A DNA stretch of 64,000 nucleotides from Bacteriovoracaceae bacterium (GTDB lineage Bacteria; Bdellovibrionota; Bacteriovoracia; Bacteriovoracales; Bacteriovoracaceae): NCBI GenBank assembly GCA_048270185.1, contig JBLWTJ010000001.1, forward strand, positions 1,504,001 to 1,568,000, written 5' to 3'. A program made the position numbers and the translations under genes. The notes below the pieces were generated by a model, which worked only from the letters and a program-made list of their open reading frames with translations, ran no database searches and had not been told where the DNA came from. Positions 18,600-27,646 of this stretch are shown one piece after another (position 1 is the first letter of the stretch; each line of letters begins with the position of its first letter).

Positions 18600-19400
18600 A
18601 TGAAGAAGAGCAAGATTGTAAATTTGGGAGAAAGACGCAAGAAGGCCAGTACGAGAAAAAGTACTGCAACAAAGGCGTCTAAGACGAAAGTAACAACGAA
18701 GGTAGTTAATGCTACTGACGATGACCCTACACAAATTTTAGAGCAAGAAAATTATGCGCTAAAGCTTGAGCAAAAAAAGATTTGCGAAATGGCCGCTCGT
18801 ACAATTCTTCACGCACTTGATTGCAAAGATCACTATACTTATGGTCACAGTACTCGTGTTGCCTATTTCAGTCTTACTCTTGGTAAAGAAATTGGACTTA
18901 ATGAAGATGAATTATATGACCTAGAATTATCTGCTCTTTTCCACGATATTGGAAAGATTGGTGTTCCAGATTCTGTTTTAAATAAACCATCACGTCTTAC
19001 GGAAGACGAGTTTGTTCAAATGAAAAGTCATCCAGAAAAGTCTTTTGAGATTCTTCAAGGATTTACTCATTTTGAAAAAGTTGCTACTTTTGCAAAGTAT
19101 CACCATGAAAGATGGGATGGACGCGGTTATCCAGACGGTCTTGCCGGAGAGGATATTCCACTCTTTTCAAGAATCATTCTAATTGCAGACACTTTTGATG
19201 CAATGACATCAACACGTGTTTATCGAAAGGGATTAGATTACGAAGTTGCTTACGAGGAACTTGAAGAATTCTCAGGAACTCAATTTGATCCAGACCTAGC
19301 AAAAGCATTTATTCGTGCGATGAAGAAAGAGGAAAGTAAACAAGAGAAAACTTTCACTCTTACTATTATCGACGGTCTTTTCAAAAAAGACGCAGCTTAA
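18600..19400 (+). CDS. HD-GYP cyclic-dinucleotide phosphodiesterase; ends KDAA
   Basis: 'YTYGHSTRV', 'LFHDIGKIG', 'HHERWDGRGYPDGL', 'ADTFDAMTS.R.YR'. Confidence 0.93.
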   Translation: MKKSKIVNLGERRKKASTRKSTATKASKTKVTTKVVNATDDDPTQILEQENYALKLEQKKICEMAARTILHALDCKDHYTYGHSTRVAYFSLTLGKEIGLNEDELYDLELSALFHDIGKIGVPDSVLNKPSRLTEDEFVQMKSHPEKSFEILQGFTHFEKVATFAKYHHERWDGRGYPDGLAGEDIPLFSRIILIADTFDAMTSTRVYRKGLDYEVAYEELEEFSGTQFDPDLAKAFIRAMKKEESKQEKTFTLTIIDGLFKKDAA

Positions 19401-20824
19401 TCACAATTTGGTGTCTCTGCTACAGTATTGATATTATACTTTTGTAGTGTTCGACAGTCATATTCTGAAGCTAGAATCTTTGAAGTAGCACATTCCTTAG
19501 GCTTTCCTTCTTGATTTGCCCATGCCATATTCTTTTCACAAGTTAGATATGACATACGATCGACACACGCCCAGTGCTTACCTTTACAATTATAGACTAG
19601 TCCACGACCAAACGAATTATAATCAGGGGCCGCAGTATATTCTAAAACCTGGTTAGCTTCATCTTTTTCTTTCTTATCTTCTTCTATTTTATCAACGATC
19701 TTACCAAGTTGAGCATCGAGAGAATCTTCACTACTTTCATCAGAATTATCTTCACCATTATTTTCCCCAGTCGGAGCAGGTGCAACGATCATTGGTTCAG
19801 AAACATTAGGTGTTTGTTCAACTTGATCTGCTTGTTCCCCTGTTTGATCGTTAGAAGAATCGTCTGCTGTTGACTCCTCTTGTGGTTGCGAGATTGTATT
19901 ATCTTGCGAAATATCTTTCTTCGGTTGATCTTCAACTTGGGGTTCAGCTACAGGAGCGGGTGCATTAGTCGCTTCAATAGAGGCCTCAGTTTTTGGCGTT
20001 ACTTCTGCTGCAGAAGTTGGCTCATCAGCTGCTTTAGCTTGAGTTTCAGCATTTTCCTCGGCCTTAGGTTTTTCAACAACCTTCTTCGGTTTATTTCTTT
20101 TAGGTCTCTTTCTCTTTACTGGAGGTACTTCTGGTACTTCATTGGTATCATCAGTTAATAAGAATTGATCTGCGGCCAGCCCTAGAACAGCAACGACTAG
20201 GACAATCTTAATTAATTTACTCTTATCATTCTTTGACTTAGACTTGCCTTTTCCATCTTCGTCTTCGTCGTCTTCATCATCTTCATCGTCTTCATCGTCT
20301 TCATCATCTTCTTCATCAGATGACTTTTTCTTTTTCATAAATTTAGCTAAGAATGGAAGTTGTTTTTCGAGGAAGCTTTTCTCGCCATCATTTTCATCTT
20401 CATCTTCTTCATCTTCTTCATCTTCTTCATCTTCTTCATCTTCTTCATCATCATTTGAAGATTTCTTTTTCTTACCTAAGAGCTTAGCGAGGAAAGGGAG
20501 TTGTTTTTCGAGAAAGCCACCTTCTTCGTCTTCGTCTTCGTCTTCATCTTCATCTTCGTCTTCGTCTTCGTCTTCGTCTTCGTCTTCTATATCTTCATTG
20601 GCTTCAGAAAATTCTTCTTCATCGTCAAGAATGTCTTCATCAGTTGGGATACCTTTAATTAGTTCATCACTACCTGGAATTTTAACGTCAGTTGATGTGG
20701 CCTCATCAAAATCTGATTCATCCTCTGATTCAAGATCTTCTTCAAACTCTTCAAGAAGTTCGTCATCTTTCTCAGAGTCGCTAAGCTTTCCCTTCATCTT
20801 GTCAAAAAAACCTTTTTTGGCCAC
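19397..20824 (-). CDS. Single-pass membrane protein with Asp/Glu tracts, internal repeats and C-terminal Cys domain
   Basis: GTG start with GGAG RBS; poly-DE tracts, duplicated 'FLEKQLPFLAK..KKKKSS', TM 'IVLVVAVLGLAA', C-terminal 'GRGLVYNCKGKHWACVD' region with six Cys. Confidence 0.8.
   Translation of the reverse strand: MAKKGFFDKMKGKLSDSEKDDELLEEFEEDLESEDESDFDEATSTDVKIPGSDELIKGIPTDEDILDDEEEFSEANEDIEDEDEDEDEDEDEDEDEDEDEEGGFLEKQLPFLAKLLGKKKKSSNDDEEDEEDEEDEEDEEDEDENDGEKSFLEKQLPFLAKFMKKKKSSDEEDDEDDEDDEDDEDDEDEDGKGKSKSKNDKSKLIKIVLVVAVLGLAADQFLLTDDTNEVPEVPPVKRKRPKRNKPKKVVEKPKAEENAETQAKAADEPTSAAEVTPKTEASIEATNAPAPVAEPQVEDQPKKDISQDNTISQPQEESTADDSSNDQTGEQADQVEQTPNVSEPMIVAPAPTGENNGEDNSDESSEDSLDAQLGKIVDKIEEDKKEKDEANQVLEYTAAPDYNSFGRGLVYNCKGKHWACVDRMSYLTCEKNMAWANQEGKPKECATSKILASEYDCRTLQKYNINTVAETPNCD
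20257..20587. repeat. Codon-level microsatellite-like tracts (TCTTCA/TCTTCG)n encoding Asp/Glu runs
   Basis: Three tracts (about 20257-20315, 20395-20455, 20522-20587) separated by two copies of a ~55-nt unit. Confidence 0.85.
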
Positions 20825-20921
20825 GTAAATTCTCCTAATTCTAAACCAAAGAACTCTTTCATTTTACTGTATATTTGAAAATCTTAAAGGAATATTATCT
20901 ATTTACGAACTTAACCTAGTT

Positions 20922-21809
20922 TCACGCTCGGTTATAGAAGCATATATTACGAACAAAATCAGGAGAAAGGATAATGGAATCATCTCTTAATTTGTCACGA
21001 TCTCCAAAGTGTAGACTTCCCTTTCCCAGAATTTCAGTTACTGACTTGATGATACTTCCCATTGTACGACGGTAATTAATCTCTACGAGAGGACAGATTT
21101 TTCTCTCACCTATTTCGTCTAAATAAATCATATTATCAAATTGAATAACTTCGGCCTCAGGTGCATGAATATTAAGCTCATTAATTATGGCCTCTAAGTC
21201 AAATACAGGCGTTAGCTCACTGATATTAATAAGGCTTCCTCCTTTGAAAGCTCCTTTTTTATCTGTGATATTTTCAACGATAAAATATTCATTAGTTTTA
21301 AGATTATATGTGACACCAAATGTTTGTAGCACTTGAACATATTGAGACTGAACACCAGGGAATTTAAGCTTCTTAAAGTCGCTTTGAGAATTGAGAATAT
21401 GATTACTAATTCCGGAAAATCCTTGATCAGCGCGATAATAAGAAGGAAACCGATCCTCAAGATCATTTCTCGATTCAATAATTTTATCTCCAAGAGGTTT
21501 ATGCCAAGAGGCTAACCAGCATTTAGAGTTTAATTTTCTTGCTTCTTCAAAATTAGATAAGCTCCCCCACCAATTTTTATAATTTGTTTGATCACTACTA
21601 AGTGATGCAATGGTAAAGCCAAAACTTCTTAGATGGTTTAGATATTTTTCACTATAGTGATTTGTTGTATATAAAACTGCATCGTTGTCACGATTTGCAA
21701 GAAAGAAGATATACTCGAGCTCATTTAAGAATTTACTATTTTGATAACTAGGATCGTTGTGACTTAATGCCGAATCGAAGTCGAGGTTAACTCGGAATTT
21801 CACTTCCAT
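20922..21809 (-). CDS. ATP-grasp-like hypothetical protein
   Basis: 'GFSGISN' loop, 'IQFDNMIY', 'LVEINYRRTMG' (E-x-N-x-R ATP-grasp motif); overlaps the DUF455 gene by 10 nt. Confidence 0.6.
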   Translation of the reverse strand: MEVKFRVNLDFDSALSHNDPSYQNSKFLNELEYIFFLANRDNDAVLYTTNHYSEKYLNHLRSFGFTIASLSSDQTNYKNWWGSLSNFEEARKLNSKCWLASWHKPLGDKIIESRNDLEDRFPSYYRADQGFSGISNHILNSQSDFKKLKFPGVQSQYVQVLQTFGVTYNLKTNEYFIVENITDKKGAFKGGSLINISELTPVFDLEAIINELNIHAPEAEVIQFDNMIYLDEIGERKICPLVEINYRRTMGSIIKSVTEILGKGSLHFGDRDKLRDDSIILSPDFVRNICFYNRA

Positions 21810-22627
21810 TCCTTGCGTTGAGTAACAATGAAACCATCTTGGAAGTTCTTAATCTTATCAATAAAATCTTCATCCATGCCGGTTCTAACTCGTCCTTCAT
21901 GATCAAAGACCATCCCCTTAGCGCGGGCAGGTGAAAGTAAATCAGGTAATGACTGAACGTAAAAGTCCCAAAGGGATTTGTCATTTCGCCAACGGTTTAA
22001 CCAATGAATACCAAATCCTACGTGAGAGATTTCATCTTCATAGACTACGTTTAAGATTGCTGCTGATTTTTTATCATCAACTCCTGCAAAGATATCTCGG
22101 TAGAATTTTGCAAAATCGAGATTTGCAGCTTCAAAAGTTAAGGCCATAACAGCAAAGTATTCTTCAAAGCTTGTGATCTTTTGCATTTGTCGCCAGAAGA
22201 AATCATTTACCGGTAAATCACCAAAATCAATGGCGAAATCATTCATACGAGAACGGTATAATTTAAAGTGTTTAATCTCGTCGTCAATTGTACTCAAAAG
22301 ACCGGTGGCAATACGCTTATATTGAGCCTTATCTTCTATCGGAATATACATGAGGGCCGTTGCCATCATCTCAATTGCAAGTAGTTCATGATTTGCAAAG
22401 AAATGCAGAGCCATGGCCTTCTTCTCATCGAGATGAAAGCTTCCTCGTTTTGGAAATTTAGCTTGTTGATCAGAGAAGGCTATTTTCTTGTCGCGAGCAG
22501 GTCGAAGATCGGCGATACCGTCACTCAATTTATGAAAGTTTAAGTCATCAACAATACTTGAATCCGTTAACTTGTCTTCAAGATATGGTGATTCCAGAAG
22601 TAGTTTAGCGTACTCGTAGGCATTCAT
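21800..22627 (-). CDS. DUF455-family ferritin-like (di-iron) protein
   Basis: 'LHFFANHELLAIE', 'DEIKHF', 'TFEAANLDF', 'DEISHV.FG..W' carboxylate/His di-iron motifs. Confidence 0.85.
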   Translation of the reverse strand: MNAYEYAKLLLESPYLEDKLTDSSIVDDLNFHKLSDGIADLRPARDKKIAFSDQQAKFPKRGSFHLDEKKAMALHFFANHELLAIEMMATALMYIPIEDKAQYKRIATGLLSTIDDEIKHFKLYRSRMNDFAIDFGDLPVNDFFWRQMQKITSFEEYFAVMALTFEAANLDFAKFYRDIFAGVDDKKSAAILNVVYEDEISHVGFGIHWLNRWRNDKSLWDFYVQSLPDLLSPARAKGMVFDHEGRVRTGMDEDFIDKIKNFQDGFIVTQRKEWK

Positions 22628-25293
22628 CGTTTCGTCGTCGTATTCTTTCTCTTACGGCTAACATTTCTCTTCTTGCCAGCTTTACCTTGCCCAAGACTTG
22701 GTTTCCCTTTGAAGTTTCGGCCTGTACTTCGACTTCCACCTTTACTTCGGTTTCCACCTGCGCGTCTTGGTGCGCCTGGCTTGCGACGATTTGCCTTACG
22801 TTTTTCAAAACATTCTTCACAAATTGGAAAACGTGAATCATCTGGCAGTTTCACACTACAAGAAGAGCAGCGAGCAACAATTTTTTGAGAGAGAAGCTCA
22901 TTAAGTTGATCAATTGCTAATTGTTTATTATTAAGAAGTTCTGTTTCTGAATAAACAAAGTTCTTATTATTAAAATGTCTTGAAAGCCATTGATATAGCT
23001 CCACACACTTAATTGAAGTTTCAAGATAATCAATATCAGCTGAGCTATACTCAATTGGCTCACATGGAATACCTTCCATATTAACGTACTTATGAAGTAT
23101 CCAATTATAAAACTGAACATGATCCATAAGTCCTAAGTTTACTGGAGCACATGCAAAACCAAAAATCTCAGCATCTGTAAGTGTTCCATTAGCATCAGCA
23201 TCTTCCACCATTTCAGCTAACTCGATCATCTCTTTCATATCCACACAGAAGAATGGGTCTTGGAAAGTCATCGTGTTAAAAAGTCTTAAGAATTCTGAAA
23301 GCTTAAGTTTTGGTAGGTTATTATCGAGTAAAGCCTTATTAACTTGATTGAAGATATCCAAGTCAGGCCCGACCATACACTGCTCACTTTGTTCAAGTGT
23401 CGCATTTAAGGCCTCTTTGATATTTTCAATACCATCTTCTACTCTTCTAAGACAAGTAACAGCACCTTTTGGGAAGCGCTGATAGCGACCAGCTCGACCT
23501 CCAATCTGCTTGATTTCACTCACACTGATATCGTGTTGTTGGCCATCGAAGAATTTTGAAAGAGTTGAAAAGACAACTCGTTTAATTGGTAGGTTCATTC
23601 CCATTGCAATGGCATCTGTTGAAACGATGACATCTGTTTCACCTTGATCAAATTTACGGGCCTGTTCACGTCTAACTTCAGGAGAGAGACGGCCATAGAC
23701 GATGGAAACCTTGTAACCTAATCGCTCAAGGTCACGTTTATGTCTTAAAGCATTCTTACGTGAAAAGACGATTAGAGCATCATTCTTTTGCATATCGGCC
23801 ATTACAATTGGATTTTGTTCAACGTAGAGCTCTGTCATACGAGTGTACTCATTAATAATGAGTTCATCACCACAAAGTTCCACAATGTTACGAACAAGAT
23901 CAAGAGCTGAAGCATCACCACATAGGTGAACTTCATCCGCCATAATATTTACTAAGGCACGAGTCCAGGCCCAACCACGTGATGGATCTGTAATCATCTG
24001 AATTTCATCAATAACACAACAATCGAAAACTTCTTGCAAGCGTGCCATCTCAATCGTCGATGAGTAGTGTGTTGCCCCTTCTCTTTCAATTACTTCCTCT
24101 CCAGTAAGTAGCGTTGTAACAGCTCCTTTCGAGTTAAGAGTATCGTAGAGTTCAGCCGCAAGAAGTCTTAGGGGAGCAAGGTAGCATCCCTTAGGTACAC
24201 TAGCGAGCTTCTGGATTGCATGATATGTCTTTCCTGAGTTCGTCGGTCCCATGTGGTAGACAATCTTTCTCTTCATTTGTCTAGCAGCAGAGTGAGTCCA
24301 AAACTCTCCAAGATATTCTTGAAGAATTGTTGAAGAGACGTCTTTCTTTTTAAGAATGATAATTGATTTAACAAATTTTTTAAATTCACGCTCTAGGAAT
24401 CTTTCATTTCTCCAATAGTGAATTGAAAGAGAGCGGTAAAATTTTGCATATTCATCTTCTGTAACAAGATCAGTACTTAATTCATGTGCTTCGAGGTATT
24501 GATCGAAGAGATAGTTAACATTTCTTCGATGGAGTTTTGCTAACTCTGATGGATATGAAAACTCCGTTTTAAAGTACTGCTTAACTTGATTCTCTAAGCG
24601 ATTAAGTGAAGACCTCTTAATCGTATTTCTTAATTTATAGAAATTCTTATCCAGCGTTTTTTGTAATTTAAAAACAATATCTGATACAACATGAATACCA
24701 GAATCAATTTCATTTTTGATTCTTTCTTTTGCATCATCAATTATTTCAACACAGTCTTCATAAACAGCATCACGAAGAAGAGCACGGAAATCATTAATAC
24801 ATTTGATACACTGACACTTCAGTTCCATGATCTTATGTTGAGTTAAATCAATATCTGATCGAATAAAGGTTTGAGTCTCATTGTGATTATTTAAAGTCTT
24901 TTGTCCCCACTCATAGAAACTCTTCTCATGAATCCCCAGAATATTCTGAGAAAGACCTCCATCTTGTCCAAAGAAGATGGCCTCTTTTTCAGGAATCAGA
25001 CAATCATCAATGAAGATAAGATCAAGAATATTTTCTTGCTTAATTAACAAGTTAAAATTCGTGAAATCATTATTAAAGAAATAAACTAAAGATGGGTTCT
25101 CATCAAAGATCTTCCATAAAGGTGTCAATATTCGATCGAGGAAATCAAGAACGATAACCGCATCATCACTTGCCCTTACATAGCTATCATCGTCAGAAAA
25201 ATTATTGACTTTAATGATCGTTTTACGTTCGTTTTGAATATTATCTCTGATTGCTGAGAAGTCTGGTAACTTATTTATTTCTTGAGAGCTCAT
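22624..25293 (-). CDS. SUV3-like SF2 RNA helicase
   Basis: 'HMGPTNSGKTY', 'YLAPLRLLA', 'VIDEIQM', 'RGWAWTRA', 'TDAIAMGMNL', 'QIGGRAGR'; C-terminal CxxC..CxxC and Arg/Lys/Gly-rich tail. Confidence 0.92.
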   Translation of the reverse strand: MSSQEINKLPDFSAIRDNIQNERKTIIKVNNFSDDDSYVRASDDAVIVLDFLDRILTPLWKIFDENPSLVYFFNNDFTNFNLLIKQENILDLIFIDDCLIPEKEAIFFGQDGGLSQNILGIHEKSFYEWGQKTLNNHNETQTFIRSDIDLTQHKIMELKCQCIKCINDFRALLRDAVYEDCVEIIDDAKERIKNEIDSGIHVVSDIVFKLQKTLDKNFYKLRNTIKRSSLNRLENQVKQYFKTEFSYPSELAKLHRRNVNYLFDQYLEAHELSTDLVTEDEYAKFYRSLSIHYWRNERFLEREFKKFVKSIIILKKKDVSSTILQEYLGEFWTHSAARQMKRKIVYHMGPTNSGKTYHAIQKLASVPKGCYLAPLRLLAAELYDTLNSKGAVTTLLTGEEVIEREGATHYSSTIEMARLQEVFDCCVIDEIQMITDPSRGWAWTRALVNIMADEVHLCGDASALDLVRNIVELCGDELIINEYTRMTELYVEQNPIVMADMQKNDALIVFSRKNALRHKRDLERLGYKVSIVYGRLSPEVRREQARKFDQGETDVIVSTDAIAMGMNLPIKRVVFSTLSKFFDGQQHDISVSEIKQIGGRAGRYQRFPKGAVTCLRRVEDGIENIKEALNATLEQSEQCMVGPDLDIFNQVNKALLDNNLPKLKLSEFLRLFNTMTFQDPFFCVDMKEMIELAEMVEDADANGTLTDAEIFGFACAPVNLGLMDHVQFYNWILHKYVNMEGIPCEPIEYSSADIDYLETSIKCVELYQWLSRHFNNKNFVYSETELLNNKQLAIDQLNELLSQKIVARCSSCSVKLPDDSRFPICEECFEKRKANRRKPGAPRRAGGNRSKGGSRSTGRNFKGKPSLGQGKAGKKRNVSRKRKNTTTKR

Positions 25294-25328
25294 ACTTTAA
25301 AGATACGTTGCGGGAAGAATATGTGCAA
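25294..25328 (-). promoter_or_regulatory. Candidate sigma-70 promoter of the SUV3 operon, leaderless geometry
   Basis: TTGCAC-17 nt-TATCTT-6 nt-ATG(25293), no Shine-Dalgarno. Confidence 0.6.
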
Positions 25329-25400
25329 GCAATCTTAGGTGTTAAATACAAAAAAATACATTATAATCTAGCTATTAATAAATTAAAAAATGGACTAGAT

Positions 25401-26381
25401 ATGAAAACATGGCTTACAGAGACTTTTAACCTAAAATACCCAATTATCATGGCCCCAATGTTCCTTGTATCGAGCGTTGATATGCTCGTTGAAGCATCTA
25501 AGGCAGGAATTATGGGTTGTATCCCTGCTCTAAATTGGAGAACTCCTGAAGAGTTTGAAAAAGGTTTAATAGAGTTAAAAGAAAGATGTGAAGGAGCATG
25601 GGGAATCAATATCATTGTAAACCAGTCAAATATCCATATGCACAAACAAATTGATCTATGTGCTAAGTATGCACCTGACTTCATTATCACTTCCCTTGGT
25701 AACCCAAAAGAAGTAATCGAAAAGTGTCGACCGCAAGGAACAAAAGTAATATGTGACGTAGTTGATCTTAAATATGCACAAAAAGTACAAGATCAAGGAG
25801 CTGATGCAGTTATCGCAGTAAACTCAGGAGCAGGTGGACACGCTGGCCCAACTCCAGCAAGTATTCTTGTCCCACTTTTAAAGAAGCATCTTAATATTCC
25901 AGTAATCTCAGCAGGTGGTGTTGCCACTGGCGCAGGTCTCTTCAGTGTACTTGCCCTTGGCTGTGAAGGGGTCTCAATTGGCTCACCTTTTATTGCAACA
26001 AAAGAATCAATTGTCTCTGATGCTTACAAACAGGCCGTCGTTGATTACGGGGCCAAAGATATTGTCTTTTCAAATAAAATCTCTGGGACACCTTGTACAG
26101 TAATCAATACTCCATATGTTCAAAAGATAGGAACAGATCAAAACATTATTGAAAAGGCCATGAGTAAGAATAAGAAGCTTAAGAAGTATGCAAAAATGCT
26201 AACTGGCTATAAAGGAATGAAAGCTGTAGAAAACGCAGCCTTTGGAGCGACTTATAAGACAGTATGGGTTGCCGGTCCTTCAATTGAATTTATCGAAAAA
26301 ATTGAAACAGTTAAGGAAATCGTTGAAAGAATTGTCGCTGACTTTGAAACTTCAATCGATGAGTTCTTAGCTAAAAGATAA
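25401..26381 (+). CDS. Nitronate monooxygenase / FabK-like FMN oxidoreductase
   Basis: 'PIIMAPMF', 'GAGGHAG', 'PVISAGG', 'IGSPFIAT.ES'; start moved to ATG 25401. Confidence 0.88.
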   Translation: MKTWLTETFNLKYPIIMAPMFLVSSVDMLVEASKAGIMGCIPALNWRTPEEFEKGLIELKERCEGAWGINIIVNQSNIHMHKQIDLCAKYAPDFIITSLGNPKEVIEKCRPQGTKVICDVVDLKYAQKVQDQGADAVIAVNSGAGGHAGPTPASILVPLLKKHLNIPVISAGGVATGAGLFSVLALGCEGVSIGSPFIATKESIVSDAYKQAVVDYGAKDIVFSNKISGTPCTVINTPYVQKIGTDQNIIEKAMSKNKKLKKYAKMLTGYKGMKAVENAAFGATYKTVWVAGPSIEFIEKIETVKEIVERIVADFETSIDEFLAKR

Positions 26382-26386
26382 TTTAG

Positions 26387-27634
26387 ATGATCAAGCTTCC
26401 TAAAGTTTTACAATACCCGAATTTTAGAAGGCTCTATATAGCGGGACTTACTTCAGAGTTAGGCTCATTTGTATCAGAAACAGCATTAATGCTATTGGTT
26501 TTTGAGTTATCAAATCACAACAAGAGCTATCTTGGAGCTGCTCGCGCAGTATTTCTTTTTTTCCTAACAATAGGAAACCTCATAGGAGGTGTCATTGGTG
26601 AAAAGTATAATCGCCGCAGTGTACTCCTCTTTACCAACTATATAAGAATTCCGATTATCTTTGCCATCATTTTTGCTAAATCGCCAGAGGTGGTTATTCT
26701 CTGTGATGGACTCATTGCACTTTTTACAGGGATGTATAATCCAACTCGTCAAGCAATGGTCAATGATATCGTTCCCCAGAAAGATATGGGGAAGGCCAAT
26801 GCACTTTTTGGCTCGGCCTTTGCCGTTCTACATATGATAGGTCCATTTGTAGGGGCCACAATGTTTACGGCCTTTGGTGGAATTAAAGAAGTTGTCGCAC
26901 TTGATTTCATCACCTATATCTTAGGAATCTTCTTTATCATGATGATCTCTTACAAACCTCCTAAGAATCCAGAGATTTCGGAAAGCTTTGTCTTAGAGAT
27001 AAAAAACGGTATGAAGTATGCGTATAAGCAAAAAGAGCTCTTTGCCATAATCTCAAATGTCATCATCGAAGGTCTGGTGCTAGGTTTTCTTTTTCCTTTA
27101 ATTCTTCCATATCTAACAGAAGTTTTAAATGTCACAAAGCAAGACTATGGTATTGCCTTAGCAATCTTTGGACTCGGCGGTCTCTTCGGAGGCTGGGCCA
27201 GTTCAACAATCCTTAAGAATCAATCCGTTGGAAAAATTATTATAACGGCGCTCTATATTGAGCCTATATTAATGATGACTTGGCTCTTAAGCGCTTCATA
27301 TGTCTCAACCATTATTATCTTCTTTATTTGGGGTTTCACTGTCTTTGTTAGAATTACAAGTCAGCTTAATTTTGTTTCCCTTAAGGTTGAATCTAAATAT
27401 CTTGCAAGAATTTTTGCACTCCTTGATCTAGGTTTTGTTGTCCCTAATATACTAGGTGGAATTATCCTTACTTTTGTTGGTAATAGCTTCAAAACTGATC
27501 AAATCCTCTACATCGTAGGAATTGCCTTCTGTGCACTTATTTTCCCAAGAATGTTATTCTCAGATATGAAGGCACTTTTTAATGTAAATAACGAAACTGT
27601 CGATAGGGATACATCAATACAAGACTCTATTTAA
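26387..27634 (+). CDS. MFS transporter (DHA3/EntS-like)
   Basis: About 12 hydrophobic segments, 'GGVIGEKYNRR' motif A. Confidence 0.88.
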   Translation: MIKLPKVLQYPNFRRLYIAGLTSELGSFVSETALMLLVFELSNHNKSYLGAARAVFLFFLTIGNLIGGVIGEKYNRRSVLLFTNYIRIPIIFAIIFAKSPEVVILCDGLIALFTGMYNPTRQAMVNDIVPQKDMGKANALFGSAFAVLHMIGPFVGATMFTAFGGIKEVVALDFITYILGIFFIMMISYKPPKNPEISESFVLEIKNGMKYAYKQKELFAIISNVIIEGLVLGFLFPLILPYLTEVLNVTKQDYGIALAIFGLGGLFGGWASSTILKNQSVGKIIITALYIEPILMMTWLLSASYVSTIIIFFIWGFTVFVRITSQLNFVSLKVESKYLARIFALLDLGFVVPNILGGIILTFVGNSFKTDQILYIVGIAFCALIFPRMLFSDMKALFNVNNETVDRDTSIQDSI

Positions 27635-27646
27635 GAAGGTTATCAT

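Noticed and set aside
20257..20587. Possible CRISPR-like repeat array
   Set aside because: Repeats are in-frame low-complexity codons with no constant repeat/unique spacer pattern, and no cas genes are present.
20244..20828. 194-aa poly-Ser ORF on the plus strand
   Set aside because: Antisense shadow of the Asp/Glu codon tracts of the 19397-20824 gene.
25251..25400. N-terminal extension of the NMO-like ORF in the ORF track
   Set aside because: It overlaps the divergent SUV3 start and promoter; family similarity begins at ATG 25401.
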